Source: a virus
Taxonomy: Duplodnaviria > Heunggongvirae > Uroviricota > Caudoviricetes
Virus record (IMG/VR): IMGVR_UViG_3300033463_000077
Strand: one strand, 5' to 3'
DNA: 64,000 bases
The position numbers were made by a program, and so were the translations under genes. Positions 31,403 through 39,389 of the stretch are shown here, piece after piece. The notes beneath the pieces are model-generated. The model saw only the letters and a program-made list of their open reading frames with translations. It was not told where the DNA came from and searched no databases. The first letter of the stretch is position 1, and the number at the start of each line of letters is the position of its first letter.

Positions 31403-32605
31403 ATGAGAAACAATGAAGAAGTTAATTCCGTAAAAGTTGTCGCAGTTGGCATCGCAATTCTCGTAGCACTTGTCATTGCAATTACTTTTGGTAGTGCATT
31501 TATTGGAAAGAACAACGTCCAGAACTTTCAGGTCATCCAGTCACCCACTGGAACCATTAAGATCCAGTCCGGTGGTGGTTATTATATGAAATGTTTCGAC
31601 ACTGTCTGGACTTATCCGAAGGTGAATCCTGTTTTCTTCTCCAATGAGGAAAAGGAATCCAAGGATCAGGATGGAGTACAGGTTGTATTCTCCAACAAAG
31701 GTAAGGGTGATATCTCCTCACAGGTTGTATATCGAATCTTTACTGACAACGTAAAGATGCTAAAGATGCATGAATACGCTCATGGCAATATTGATGTAAT
31801 TGACAACCTTGTTCTGTCAAAGCTGAAGGATATTGCAATGACTCACTCTTCAAACATTACCTCTTCACAGGCAATTGAAGATCGAGAACAGCTTGCCACA
31901 AATATTCGTAAGGACTTCATTAACAATAAGGAACTCGCTGAGATGGGTATTATTGTTGAACAGTTCTCCATTACGAAGATCAATTTCGATAAGCAGACAG
32001 AAGATCTATTCAAGAAACAGCAGGAAGCAGACCTTCAGAAGAAGACAGCTGAAGCTGAAAAGCTAAACCTTCAGATGCAGAAGGAAAAGACCGTTGCTGA
32101 ATATGAAAAGCAGGTTGCTGAATCAAAAGGTAAGGCAGAGGTTGAAAAGATCAAGGCTGTTACTGATGCTGAACGCCAGAAGGAACTTGCTGAAATCAAG
32201 GGAAAGCAGGAAGTTGCTGTTGCCGAACTTGAAAAGCAGAGAGCTGCAATTGAAGCAAATAAGAAACTTGAGGTCGTAGAGATTCAAAAGAAAGAGGAAA
32301 AGGCAAAGCTGGAAGTTATTCAGATTCAGTCCGAGCAAAAGGTTGCTGAAGCCAAGGCTAAGGAACAGCAGATTAAACTGTCTGGTGCAATTTCTGAAGA
32401 GCTGAAGTACCGCCTGGATGTTGAGAAGGAAACAAAGATCGGAGTAGCAAAAGCTCTTGCTGATGGCTTTGCAAAGGTTACTCTTCCGAAGACCTTCATC
32501 ATGGGAAACGGTATTGATGGTGGTAAAGGTATGAATGCCATGGAGACTTTCTTCAATCTGATGAATGTTCAGAAGGCTGAAGAAATCAACAAAACCGCAA
32601 AGTAA
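31403..32605 (+). CDS. SPFH/Band-7 (flotillin/HflK-like) domain membrane protein
   Basis: N-terminal TM, PHB-like core, long E/K/A/Q coiled-coil repeats (EVEKIKAVTDAERQKELAEIKGKQEVAVAELEKQRAAIEANK). Confidence 0.65.
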   Translation: MRNNEEVNSVKVVAVGIAILVALVIAITFGSAFIGKNNVQNFQVIQSPTGTIKIQSGGGYYMKCFDTVWTYPKVNPVFFSNEEKESKDQDGVQVVFSNKGKGDISSQVVYRIFTDNVKMLKMHEYAHGNIDVIDNLVLSKLKDIAMTHSSNITSSQAIEDREQLATNIRKDFINNKELAEMGIIVEQFSITKINFDKQTEDLFKKQQEADLQKKTAEAEKLNLQMQKEKTVAEYEKQVAESKGKAEVEKIKAVTDAERQKELAEIKGKQEVAVAELEKQRAAIEANKKLEVVEIQKKEEKAKLEVIQIQSEQKVAEAKAKEQQIKLSGAISEELKYRLDVEKETKIGVAKALADGFAKVTLPKTFIMGNGIDGGKGMNAMETFFNLMNVQKAEEINKTAK

Positions 32606-32619
32606 ACCTAACAAAATGA

Positions 32620-32652
32620 ACTAAGGTCGGATTACTCCGACCTTTTTTGTGT
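32620..32652 (+). terminator. rho-independent terminator after SPFH gene
   Basis: AAGGUCGG-AUUACU-CCGACCUU + UUUUUG. Confidence 0.6.
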
Positions 32653-32692
32653 TTACTTTTTGAAATACAGTGTTATATTAGAATATACAACA
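32652..32692 (+). promoter_or_regulatory. conserved early promoter motif copy
   Basis: motif match. Confidence 0.6.
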
Positions 32693-32708
32693 AAAGGAGA
32701 ATTGAAAA

Positions 32709-33305
32709 ATGTTCCAAGATTATCGTTTGAAAGAGCTTCTTCGAATTCATTCCAATTGTCTTGTCAAAGATTCTCTAAACAGTGAATTTATCTTTGTCAG
32801 AAAGCAGCATCTTAAATTCGGTGCAATTGGAAGAACTGTCAAATATAATGTTTACTTCAATGGAGAAAATAATTTCTTCATTTTCATTCCCTCTGCAGTT
32901 TGTTCAAAAGATACTTATGTTGAATTCAATTTTGATGACAAACTCCATAAAATTTTGGACATGAAGATGGTTGAGCATAATCCTGCAAAATGTTTCATCA
33001 TGGTCATGGAAATAGAAAATGAAGAAGATGAATTGCTTATCACTGCTAAAAACATGTGGCTCAATTCAATTGACAAAAGAGAACTCCTTTTGGTTGAAAG
33101 AGCTCTTGCTGAAAAAGAAAAGGAAGATACTGATACAAAAAATTATAACGAATTTTTGAAAATCAGAGATCAAGCTGCAAAGGAGATATCAGATGTTTTG
33201 AAAAAGTACAAAATTGAACTTGGTTATTCAGCTGGTGAATATTATGTAATTCATAATGGAAATCATTTGTATTCAACTGACTTTTTCAACGAAATGGGAA
33301 TGTGA
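32709..33305 (+). CDS. hypothetical protein (198 aa)
   Basis: ORF, RBS AAAAGGAGAATTG, promoter 32652-32692. Confidence 0.55.
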   Translation: MFQDYRLKELLRIHSNCLVKDSLNSEFIFVRKQHLKFGAIGRTVKYNVYFNGENNFFIFIPSAVCSKDTYVEFNFDDKLHKILDMKMVEHNPAKCFIMVMEIENEEDELLITAKNMWLNSIDKRELLLVERALAEKEKEDTDTKNYNEFLKIRDQAAKEISDVLKKYKIELGYSAGEYYVIHNGNHLYSTDFFNEMGM

Positions 33306-33309
33306 AAAA

Positions 33310-33525
33310 ATGAAATATGTTTTTATTGTTAAAAAATATAGGCCAAATGATTATGGAATTCAAATTTTGGATGTAGATAAAATCTTTTCCAATATTGATT
33401 CAGCACACGCCTATGTGATGATGCAGCCTGGAATTGATTGTGAAGAACAAACTGGATTTTATACCTGTGGAAATACTAGGTATTATAATGGATATCGAAT
33501 TGAAACTTGCGAAGTAGAAGATTAA
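33310..33525 (+). CDS. hypothetical protein (71 aa)
   Basis: track ORF trimmed to MKYVFIV. Confidence 0.45.
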   Translation: MKYVFIVKKYRPNDYGIQILDVDKIFSNIDSAHAYVMMQPGIDCEEQTGFYTCGNTRYYNGYRIETCEVED

Positions 33526-33540
33526 AAGGAGAAATAAATT

Positions 33541-33828
33541 ATGAAATGGATTAAAACTATTAAGTCAGAAAATCAACCTCTTATTCTTGTTTTGGAAAGA
33601 TTCAATGAAAATGTTCATGTTGAATTATTTGTTCCAATAACAATTTTTAATAAACATCCTCATCCTGTTACTGATATTTCTTTTGACATTGCATTTTATA
33701 CAATTCCATTTGATGTTGATAGCATTTGCTATGCTGTAAAAAGAGTTGTAAATTATCATTTTCACTTGGAAAACGAAATGGAAATCAAAGAATTTGTCAT
33801 GGATTTTATGGAAAATAATAACTATTAA
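33541..33828 (+). CDS. hypothetical protein (95 aa)
   Basis: ORF, RBS AAAGGAGAAATAAATT. Confidence 0.5.
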   Translation: MKWIKTIKSENQPLILVLERFNENVHVELFVPITIFNKHPHPVTDISFDIAFYTIPFDVDSICYAVKRVVNYHFHLENEMEIKEFVMDFMENNNY

Positions 33829-33842
33829 AAGGAGAAGATAAA

Positions 33843-34250
33843 ATGAAGAATGAAATGAAAAACTTCCTTTCCGCTGTCAATTTTGAAGGTCCGATTATGA
33901 ACAGTGATAATGCCGTTTTTCTTTTTACCGTAAAGAATGGTGAAAAGGTCACATTGATCAAAACAGGTCTCTTTGATGGAAATGAAGAATTTATTCGTTT
34001 GAGGGTTAGTTCCACTTATGGAAAAATGGATACCAATCAGTATACCGTCATTAAACGAAATGGAGAAAGCTACAGTTGGCAAAGTGGAGGTGGGTCTCAT
34101 ACTTTGGTTTCTGATCAAATGAACGCAATGGCAAAATTGATTTCCGAGACCGTTGATGAAAAGATTTGTGGAAACTTTTTTCCATCAAATGTACAAGGAA
34201 AACTTTCAGAGGTTATGAAAGAAGAATTCTTCAAGAAATTTTCTGAATAA
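33843..34250 (+). CDS. hypothetical protein (135 aa)
   Basis: ORF, RBS AAAGGAGAAGATAAA. Confidence 0.5.
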   Translation: MKNEMKNFLSAVNFEGPIMNSDNAVFLFTVKNGEKVTLIKTGLFDGNEEFIRLRVSSTYGKMDTNQYTVIKRNGESYSWQSGGGSHTLVSDQMNAMAKLISETVDEKICGNFFPSNVQGKLSEVMKEEFFKKFSE

Positions 34251-34252
34251 GA

Positions 34253-34295
34253 TTTACTTTCACAATGAAGATGTTATAATATAAATATACAGAAT
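34253..34295 (+). promoter_or_regulatory. promoter motif copy (variant) driving intron-tRNA
   Basis: ATTTACTTTCACAATGAAGATGTTATAATATAAATATA. Confidence 0.5.
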
Positions 34296-34334
34296 GGAAT
34301 TTAATTATTCATTCTGATGCTAATTGAAAACATA

Positions 34335-34660
34335 TGGCCCCGTAACCGAATTGGCATAGGTACTTGACTGAGAATTCTTGGTAAAAGCAAGAATCACTGG
34401 GTCGCTAAATTGGAAACGATTTAGTAAGTAGATTCCCTAAAACGGTTAAACCTTTCAAAGAAATTTGATCGTGTAATCCCGTGCTAAATCAAAGAGTAAT
34501 CTTTGTAAATGTGTAGAGAGCAGAGAGGAATCACCTAAAAGCAGTAATGCTCATGGTTATAGTGTGCTCCAGACCACAAACTGATTATTATCAGGCATGG
34601 AAACATGTAGGGGTAAGCAAAATCAAGGTTTTACGGGTTCGACTCCCGTCGGGGCTACCA
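34335..34660 (+). tRNA. intron-containing tRNA (exons 34335-34368 and 34618-34660); spliced anticodon loop CUCAAAA (anticodon CAA, Leu-type) with Leu-like D-loop GAAUUGG but short variable loop
   Basis: manual fold: acceptor GGCCCCG/CGGGGCU, D ACC-GAAUUGGCAUA-GGU, anticodon stem CUUGA/UCAAG split by 249 nt, T ACGGG-UUCGACU-CCCGU, CCA encoded. Confidence 0.6.
34369..34617 (+). ncRNA. 249-nt group-I-like intron in tRNA anticodon loop
   Basis: insert follows U in 5' exon and ends with G; candidate IGS GGUC pairs with exon GACU (U-G at splice site); size typical of tRNA group I introns. Confidence 0.45.
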
Positions 34661-34671
34661 TTTTGATAATC

Positions 34672-34712
34672 AAACACTTTACATAGAAATGTGTAAAGTG
34701 TTTTCTTTTATA
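34672..34712 (+). terminator. rho-independent terminator after intron-tRNA
   Basis: ACACUUUACA-UAGAAAUG-UGUAAAGUGU + UUUCUUUUA. Confidence 0.55.
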
Positions 34713-34940
34713 TTAAAAAAATCTTTTAATTCTCTTAAAAAGAATTTATTATATAATATATAAACATTCAGATAAAAGCTTTGGTTGAGCTTCGAATGAT
34801 GTAATTATTTCGTTCTCCTTGGTAATTACATTTTCTGAATGTTTTTTTATTATAAAGCTTGAGCGGCTTCTTCGTTTAATTCTCTTATTATCATAATAGT
34901 TTAATCTCTTAAAATTGATCTTAAATATATTTATAAGTTG
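34710..34940. repeat. AT-rich non-coding region with nested inverted repeats and TTAAT(T)CTCTTA iterons; possible origin/regulatory region
   Basis: IR AACATTCAGA/TCTGAATGTT, inner IR ATGTAATTA/TAATTACAT, AAGCTT palindromes, three TTAATCTCTTA-like repeats. Confidence 0.4.
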
Positions 34941-34978
34941 TTTACTTTTTGAATAATTCTGTTATATTCAAATATAGA
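34941..34978 (+). promoter_or_regulatory. conserved early promoter motif copy
   Basis: motif match. Confidence 0.6.
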
Positions 34979-34999
34979 AAAAAGAAAGGAAACTTAAAA

Positions 35000-35404
35000 A
35001 TGATCTCTCCGAACTTTAATATTGTTGATGTCAAAGATCAATTCAAAGCAAATCTTCCGGAATGTTTTGATATGTTTGGCAATCATTATTCTGACGAAGA
35101 TGTGGAACGAATGGCAAAAAAATTGTGGGATGAATTCGGAGTTGATATCATTTGCGATGTCGAATCAGTGTTCAATGGATGTCCGGACTTTACGGATGAA
35201 TATGAAAGGTCCATAGCTGTTCTGACTGAATATGTTAAAAAGCTTAAAGAGATCCATACGTTTGAAACCAACAATAATGATTATTCCATTGAACGTTATT
35301 GGGCAGATATTGTCAGGGTTGCGATGATGGAAAATGCACAGAGTCTTTTTAATGCAAAAGGACCTTGTGATTATTATGGTGAATTGATCGAAGAGGAGGA
35401 TTAA
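35000..35404 (+). CDS. hypothetical acidic protein (134 aa)
   Basis: track ORF trimmed to MISPNFNIVD after RBS AAAGGAAAC; promoter 34941-34978. Confidence 0.5.
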   Translation: MISPNFNIVDVKDQFKANLPECFDMFGNHYSDEDVERMAKKLWDEFGVDIICDVESVFNGCPDFTDEYERSIAVLTEYVKKLKEIHTFETNNNDYSIERYWADIVRVAMMENAQSLFNAKGPCDYYGELIEEED

Positions 35405-35407
35405 AAA

Positions 35408-35521
35408 TGGATCTTGCTGGAGCGGCTGTTCTAATTTTTTGTACGCCATTAGGTTGGATTGGTATTATGGCATTTGGCTTTTCAATGTCAATGATTATTG
35501 AAGCTTGGAAAAGAAAGTAAG
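35408..35521 (+). CDS. small membrane peptide (37 aa)
   Basis: hand-found ORF MDLAGAAVLIFCTPLGWIGIMAFGFSMSMIIEAWKRK, RBS GAGGAGGATTAAAA. Confidence 0.35.
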
Positions 35522-35558
35522 TTTACTTTTCAAAAAGTAATGTTATATTAAAATATAA
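35521..35558 (+). promoter_or_regulatory. conserved promoter motif copy driving ncRNA unit
   Basis: motif match. Confidence 0.6.
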
Positions 35559-36002
35559 TCGGAAAACAAAATCCGATGCTGATTGAAAAATTTTATGACG
35601 TAGTAGCCCAAGGAGAGGCAGCGGCTCAGACGCCGCCAAAGTATTGGTTATACTCCAATCTACGTCCCCAATTTACGTTATCCGATGGACAGATTGGTTT
35701 AAGTTGATCTTGAGAATTAGTTTAAGAGTGAAAACATCCTACTGGATTTAGGAAAATGCATGGTGCAAGGTCCGGCATTCTCAGTTGCGTCAAGATAGGC
35801 AAATGGTCAGCCTAAGACGAGATTAATTTTAATCAATTTTCCAACGTTGTTAGAAGTCTGCAATAGTTTAACTAAAACAGTCGGACGGGATCCGATGATT
35901 CAGATCAGATTGCAACGAATTCTGATTGCAGTTACTTAGGTTTTCTTGAATGACCAATCAGGAATCCAAACAACAATGGATTACATCACCTTTTTTTTTT
36001 TC
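35559..36002 (+). ncRNA. ORF-free transcription unit (~440 nt), GCUGAUUGAAAA-leader ncRNA family member
   Basis: motif promoter 35521-35558, no ORF of 60 aa or longer, hairpin + T12 terminator at 35962-36002, long-range complementarity GACGUAG/CUACGUC. Confidence 0.45.
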
Positions 36003-36012
36003 CGAAAAAGAG

Positions 36013-36050
36013 TTTACTTTTTCAAGAATGAAGTTATATTAAAATATAAT
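36013..36050 (+). promoter_or_regulatory. conserved promoter motif copy driving large ncRNA unit
   Basis: motif match. Confidence 0.6.
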
Positions 36051-36960
36051 CGGAAAACAAAATCCGATGCTGATTGAAAATTGAAAATTTCAGGTTGGTT
36101 ATAAAAATACCGATGTGATGCAAAAGATTAGCTACTTGAGAGACTGTCAGCTCAAAACAGTGGGAGACATCCTGAGATCATATCAATGGTGGTGTTGGTT
36201 AAAGTCCAATCATTGGTTCTTGTTATATTATAATCAATCCCGGAGAACTTCATCGTAAATATCCGGCAAGGTAAACCTTGAAAATGTTGAAAACGGTATT
36301 GAAATTAGATTGGTTATTGAAAAATAATCAAATCCCGGAGAACTTCATCGTAAATATCCGGCAATTGTTCAGCGATTGAAATGTTAAAAACGGTTAAGCC
36401 TGGAAATCAAAACCGGGCGATTCAATCGCCATTAAATGTGGCGATAGCTATCAGAGAACTGGAAGGTGTTTCGGTGAGATCACTGATCCTAAGGAAATGA
36501 ATAGTGGCAGATAGAAGGTTATATTGATTGATTTACTTCTTCTGTTGGAAGCAGCAAAATCCGTTGTAAGAGCGGTGCCTAGATAATCACAGAGATGATT
36601 ATCTAATTATTTAAAATTAAAATCAATCGAGGCAGTTGAGGAAATATAGATTCTGTCTCCCGGCTCTGATTGAGTCTGAAACTAAAGACCTCATAGATGA
36701 GGGTGATGTATTCAGCCGATGAAAAATCCGGTTAGGAGTCGCTGCAGAACTCCAAAACCTCACTTCAGAAGGAAACTGAAGGATCCGACATCCGGAAAAC
36801 AAACCAAATATTAATGAGCAGTGAAAAGGACTCCAACCTTCATCTGTTGACCGTGGATTACCTGGAAGCGGTCAGTCCTCTTGGAGCTTTTATTATGAGG
36901 ATTCGATTTACGGGGATGATTAAAGCCGAATGGGATTCCATCGGCCTTTTTCATTTTATA
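36051..36960 (+). ncRNA. large ORF-free transcription unit (~900 nt), GCUGAUUGAAAA-leader family; candidate large structured (ornate) RNA
   Basis: motif promoter 36013-36050, same leader as 35559, two 34-bp direct repeats, many local hairpins, no convincing ORF (track ORF 36814..36999 has no RBS and ends inside promoter). Confidence 0.4.
36236..36373 (+). repeat. two 34-bp direct repeats (AATCCCGGAGAACTTCATCGTAAATATCCGGCAA) ~104 bp apart inside large ncRNA region
   Basis: seen directly; each can form CCGGA..UCCGG hairpin. Confidence 0.65.
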
Positions 36961-36961
36961 G

Positions 36962-36999
36962 GTTTACTTTTTGAATTCAGCTGTTATATTAAAATATAA
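36962..36999 (+). promoter_or_regulatory. conserved early promoter motif copy
   Basis: motif match. Confidence 0.6.
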
Positions 37000-37024
37000 A
37001 GAAAGCATCAAAAGGAGAATTAAA

Positions 37025-37870
37025 ATGAAATATCTTATTCTTTCTGATTTACATATCTCTGTTGACTCTGTTACTTCTCAATTCAAACTTGAAAAATACA
37101 AAAGAATTTTAAAGAACAATTTACCTGAGAGTTATGATATCGTTCTTATTTCAGGTGATGTATTTGAACACAGAGTTCCACATTATGTAAATGTTTTTGA
37201 AACTCTGCAATACTTTTTTGATTTCAAACCGGCTGTTTTTTGTTTAGGGAATCATGAATTTGCTTATGAAGATCATGATTCTGTATTGAAAACTTACAAA
37301 GCTCAATATGAAGTTTTCAAGTCAAAATGGCCTAATGGATCGGTTTGTTGTCTTGATATTTCAGGATATTATGATTTTGATAATGCCAGAATTGTTGGAA
37401 ATGTATTTTGGTATGATTGGTCTTTAAATCATTGCAGAACTTTAATGAAAGGTGAAATTGTTGATGGTTGGTTGGATGCAACTATTGAAAATTTCGATGC
37501 AATGAAAGAACATGAAAATTGTAAAAAACAAATCATGAATTCTCTTTCTGAAGAGAAGAATCATATTCTTTTGACTCACACTGTTCCTTATGAAAAGTTG
37601 AATATGTTTAGTATTGAAGAACCAAATTCTCCATACAATTCTTATTCAGGGTGTGCGGACTTTTTGAATGAGATCAAAGATAAAAACTTTAAGTTTGCAT
37701 TTTGTGGTCATACTCATAAAAAAGCAAATTTAGAAGTATATGATATCAATTGTTTGAACATTGGAAATGATTATTATTTCAAAACATTCAGAATTGATTG
37801 GGCGCTTTTTGATATGGACAAAGATTTGAATATTTTTAATATTCTATTCAGTAAACAGTTTACTTTTTGA
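37025..37870 (+). CDS. calcineurin-like metallophosphoesterase
   Basis: MPP motifs DLH, ISGDVFEH (GDxxD), GNHE, LLTHTVPY, CGHTHKK; start MKYLIL after RBS AAAAGGAGAATTAAA. Confidence 0.7.
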   Translation: MKYLILSDLHISVDSVTSQFKLEKYKRILKNNLPESYDIVLISGDVFEHRVPHYVNVFETLQYFFDFKPAVFCLGNHEFAYEDHDSVLKTYKAQYEVFKSKWPNGSVCCLDISGYYDFDNARIVGNVFWYDWSLNHCRTLMKGEIVDGWLDATIENFDAMKEHENCKKQIMNSLSEEKNHILLTHTVPYEKLNMFSIEEPNSPYNSYSGCADFLNEIKDKNFKFAFCGHTHKKANLEVYDINCLNIGNDYYFKTFRIDWALFDMDKDLNIFNILFSKQFTF

Positions 37871-37897
37871 ATTCAACTGTTATATTAAAATATAAAC
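37859..37897 (+). promoter_or_regulatory. conserved early promoter motif copy
   Basis: motif match. Confidence 0.6.
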
Positions 37898-37916
37898 AAT
37901 GAGAGGAGAATTAAAA

Positions 37917-38501
37917 ATGGACATCGAAAAACTCTTTGACAAATGCATCAACTGCTATTCCCACGAAGGTGAATTTGAAATTGCCGGTAACACTATTACG
38001 ATCTTCCGCCGCTGTTCTTATCAGGATTTTGATAATACTCCGGATGGTGAAGAACCTGAATGGATCGAAGGCGATGAAGCCGTTGGGGCCTTTGTCAATA
38101 AAGAAGAATTTTTTGGTTGGTGGCCTCAGGATCGTGATGATCTTTATGAATGCATGAAGGAAGTCCTTGAATACCTTTTGAACACCAAGGGAGTCAAATT
38201 TACATTAACCGCAAAAGTCAGAAGAATGTCTGATGAAGATGAAAAGAAAGGTGTTCGAAAGGTCAAACTTCTCAATGAGGTGAAAAAAGAATTTGATGTT
38301 GAGATCGAACAAATCAAAAATGTCAAAGTTGAATACGATGACTATGAAGATACTCTTACTTGCAAAATCATCAATTATAATGATTTTTGGAATCTGTTGG
38401 ATATTGCAGAAGGCAAATGTGATGAAGCCACTATCAGTGAAACTGATCCGAACAAGGATGCCCTTGAAAATATGTTCAAATACAAATATGACATTCTGTA
38501 A
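37917..38501 (+). CDS. hypothetical acidic protein (194 aa)
   Basis: track ORF trimmed to MDIEKLF after RBS GAGAGGAGAATTAAAA. Confidence 0.55.
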   Translation: MDIEKLFDKCINCYSHEGEFEIAGNTITIFRRCSYQDFDNTPDGEEPEWIEGDEAVGAFVNKEEFFGWWPQDRDDLYECMKEVLEYLLNTKGVKFTLTAKVRRMSDEDEKKGVRKVKLLNEVKKEFDVEIEQIKNVKVEYDDYEDTLTCKIINYNDFWNLLDIAEGKCDEATISETDPNKDALENMFKYKYDIL

Positions 38502-38524
38502 TTAACATAAATGCTGATATAATT

Positions 38525-38607
38525 GCCAGTGTAGCTCAGCGGTAGAGCTGCCGAAAAGGCTAAACCAGAGATGGTGAAGGTCGGAGGTTCGAGCCCTCCC
38601 ACTGGCT
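38525..38607 (+). tRNA. tRNA-like gene with normal acceptor, D and T arms but a 34-nt anticodon/variable region; isotype undetermined
   Basis: acceptor GCCAGUG/CACUGGC, D GCUC-AGCGGUA-GAGC, T GGAGG-UUCGAGC-CCUCC; central region GCCGA...UCGG does not form a canonical 17-nt anticodon arm. Confidence 0.5.
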
Positions 38608-38625
38608 ATTCAGCATTTTTTATAG

Positions 38626-38662
38626 TTTACTTTTTGAATTTTAATGTTATATTCAAATATAC
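38626..38662 (+). promoter_or_regulatory. conserved early promoter motif copy
   Basis: motif match. Confidence 0.6.
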
Positions 38663-38684
38663 AACAACAATTGAGGAGATTAAA

Positions 38685-38930
38685 ATGAAAGTTCCGCCTA
38701 TTCCTTCCTTTCCTTTCAGAGTTATTGAAATGAATGCCGATAAATCCATTGGTTTGCTGACAACTGATGGATTTGGATGTCATTACATTTGGATGAATGG
38801 AAGAGCCAATGAGATCAGTGATTATGAAGTTAGAAAAGACCGGGAAAAAGCTTTGGCTTTGTTCAAAAAACTTTGTGCCGAACATGAAATCGATGAAATG
38901 AAAAGAACTGGAACCGTTTTAGCTGGATGA
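38685..38930 (+). CDS. hypothetical protein (81 aa)
   Basis: track ORF trimmed to MKVPPIPSF after RBS GAGGAGATTAAA. Confidence 0.5.
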   Translation: MKVPPIPSFPFRVIEMNADKSIGLLTTDGFGCHYIWMNGRANEISDYEVRKDREKALALFKKLCAEHEIDEMKRTGTVLAG

Positions 38931-38938
38931 GGTGAAAA

Positions 38939-39388
38939 ATGCTGAAAAAGATGAAAAAACCTGAACTTTATATCAACTATGGTGTATGGGTTTTCCTTCC
39001 TAATTCCAATGAATTGGTAAAAAGAAAAATTATTGGTATTAAGGTGGGATATACTTGGAGTTGTGATTTTTATGTTGAGTCTGTATGTATATTGAATGTC
39101 GGTTGGTTTTCACCTGAAGAAGTTTATATGACCAGAAAAGAAGCTTTCAAAGAAGGCATAAAGAAACTTCAGACCCTTTTGAAAGAAAGTCAGGATGAAT
39201 TGGAATGGCAGGAAAAGAATAGAGAATATATATTGAGAGGATATAAAAATAAAGTGGGTTGCAAAACAAGAGATTTGAAAGATATGCTGGAAATTTATGA
39301 TCATTTTCTGGAAAAAGTTGGAGTAGATAAAGTGGAAAGAGATCAGATCAAATTTTTCAGTTCACTTGGATTTAAGAAGGTGGAATAA
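38939..39388 (+). CDS. hypothetical protein (149 aa)
   Basis: ORF, RBS GGATGAGGTGAAAA. Confidence 0.5.
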   Translation: MLKKMKKPELYINYGVWVFLPNSNELVKRKIIGIKVGYTWSCDFYVESVCILNVGWFSPEEVYMTRKEAFKEGIKKLQTLLKESQDELEWQEKNREYILRGYKNKVGCKTRDLKDMLEIYDHFLEKVGVDKVERDQIKFFSSLGFKKVE

Positions 39389-39389
39389 A

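Noticed and set aside
34335-34660. tmRNA (ssrA) instead of intron-containing tRNA
   Set aside because: 5' end lacks GGGG/G3-U70 alanine identity, no tag-peptide reading frame ending in ..AA stop, and both halves assemble into a complete tRNA cloverleaf with an anticodon stem.
35559-36002. RNase P RNA or 6S RNA identity for the ORF-free units
   Set aside because: None of the conserved RNase P boxes (GGAAAGUCCGG, ACAGAAACCGGCUUA) or a 6S-like central bubble could be recognised by eye; left as unclassified ncRNA.
36236-36373. Possible mini-CRISPR array (34-bp direct repeats)
   Set aside because: Only two repeats, spacer about 70 bp (too long), no cas genes; more consistent with a duplicated structural module inside an ncRNA.
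36814-36999. Track ORF 36814..36999 (61 aa) inside large ORF-free unit
   Set aside because: No SD, ends inside the next promoter motif (..EFSCYIKI); considered non-coding though not fully excluded.
38525-38607. Archaeal-type bulge-helix-bulge intron in the tRNA-like gene
   Set aside because: BHB splicing machinery is absent from bacteria and phages and no BHB motif is evident; insertion or aberrant arm is more plausible.
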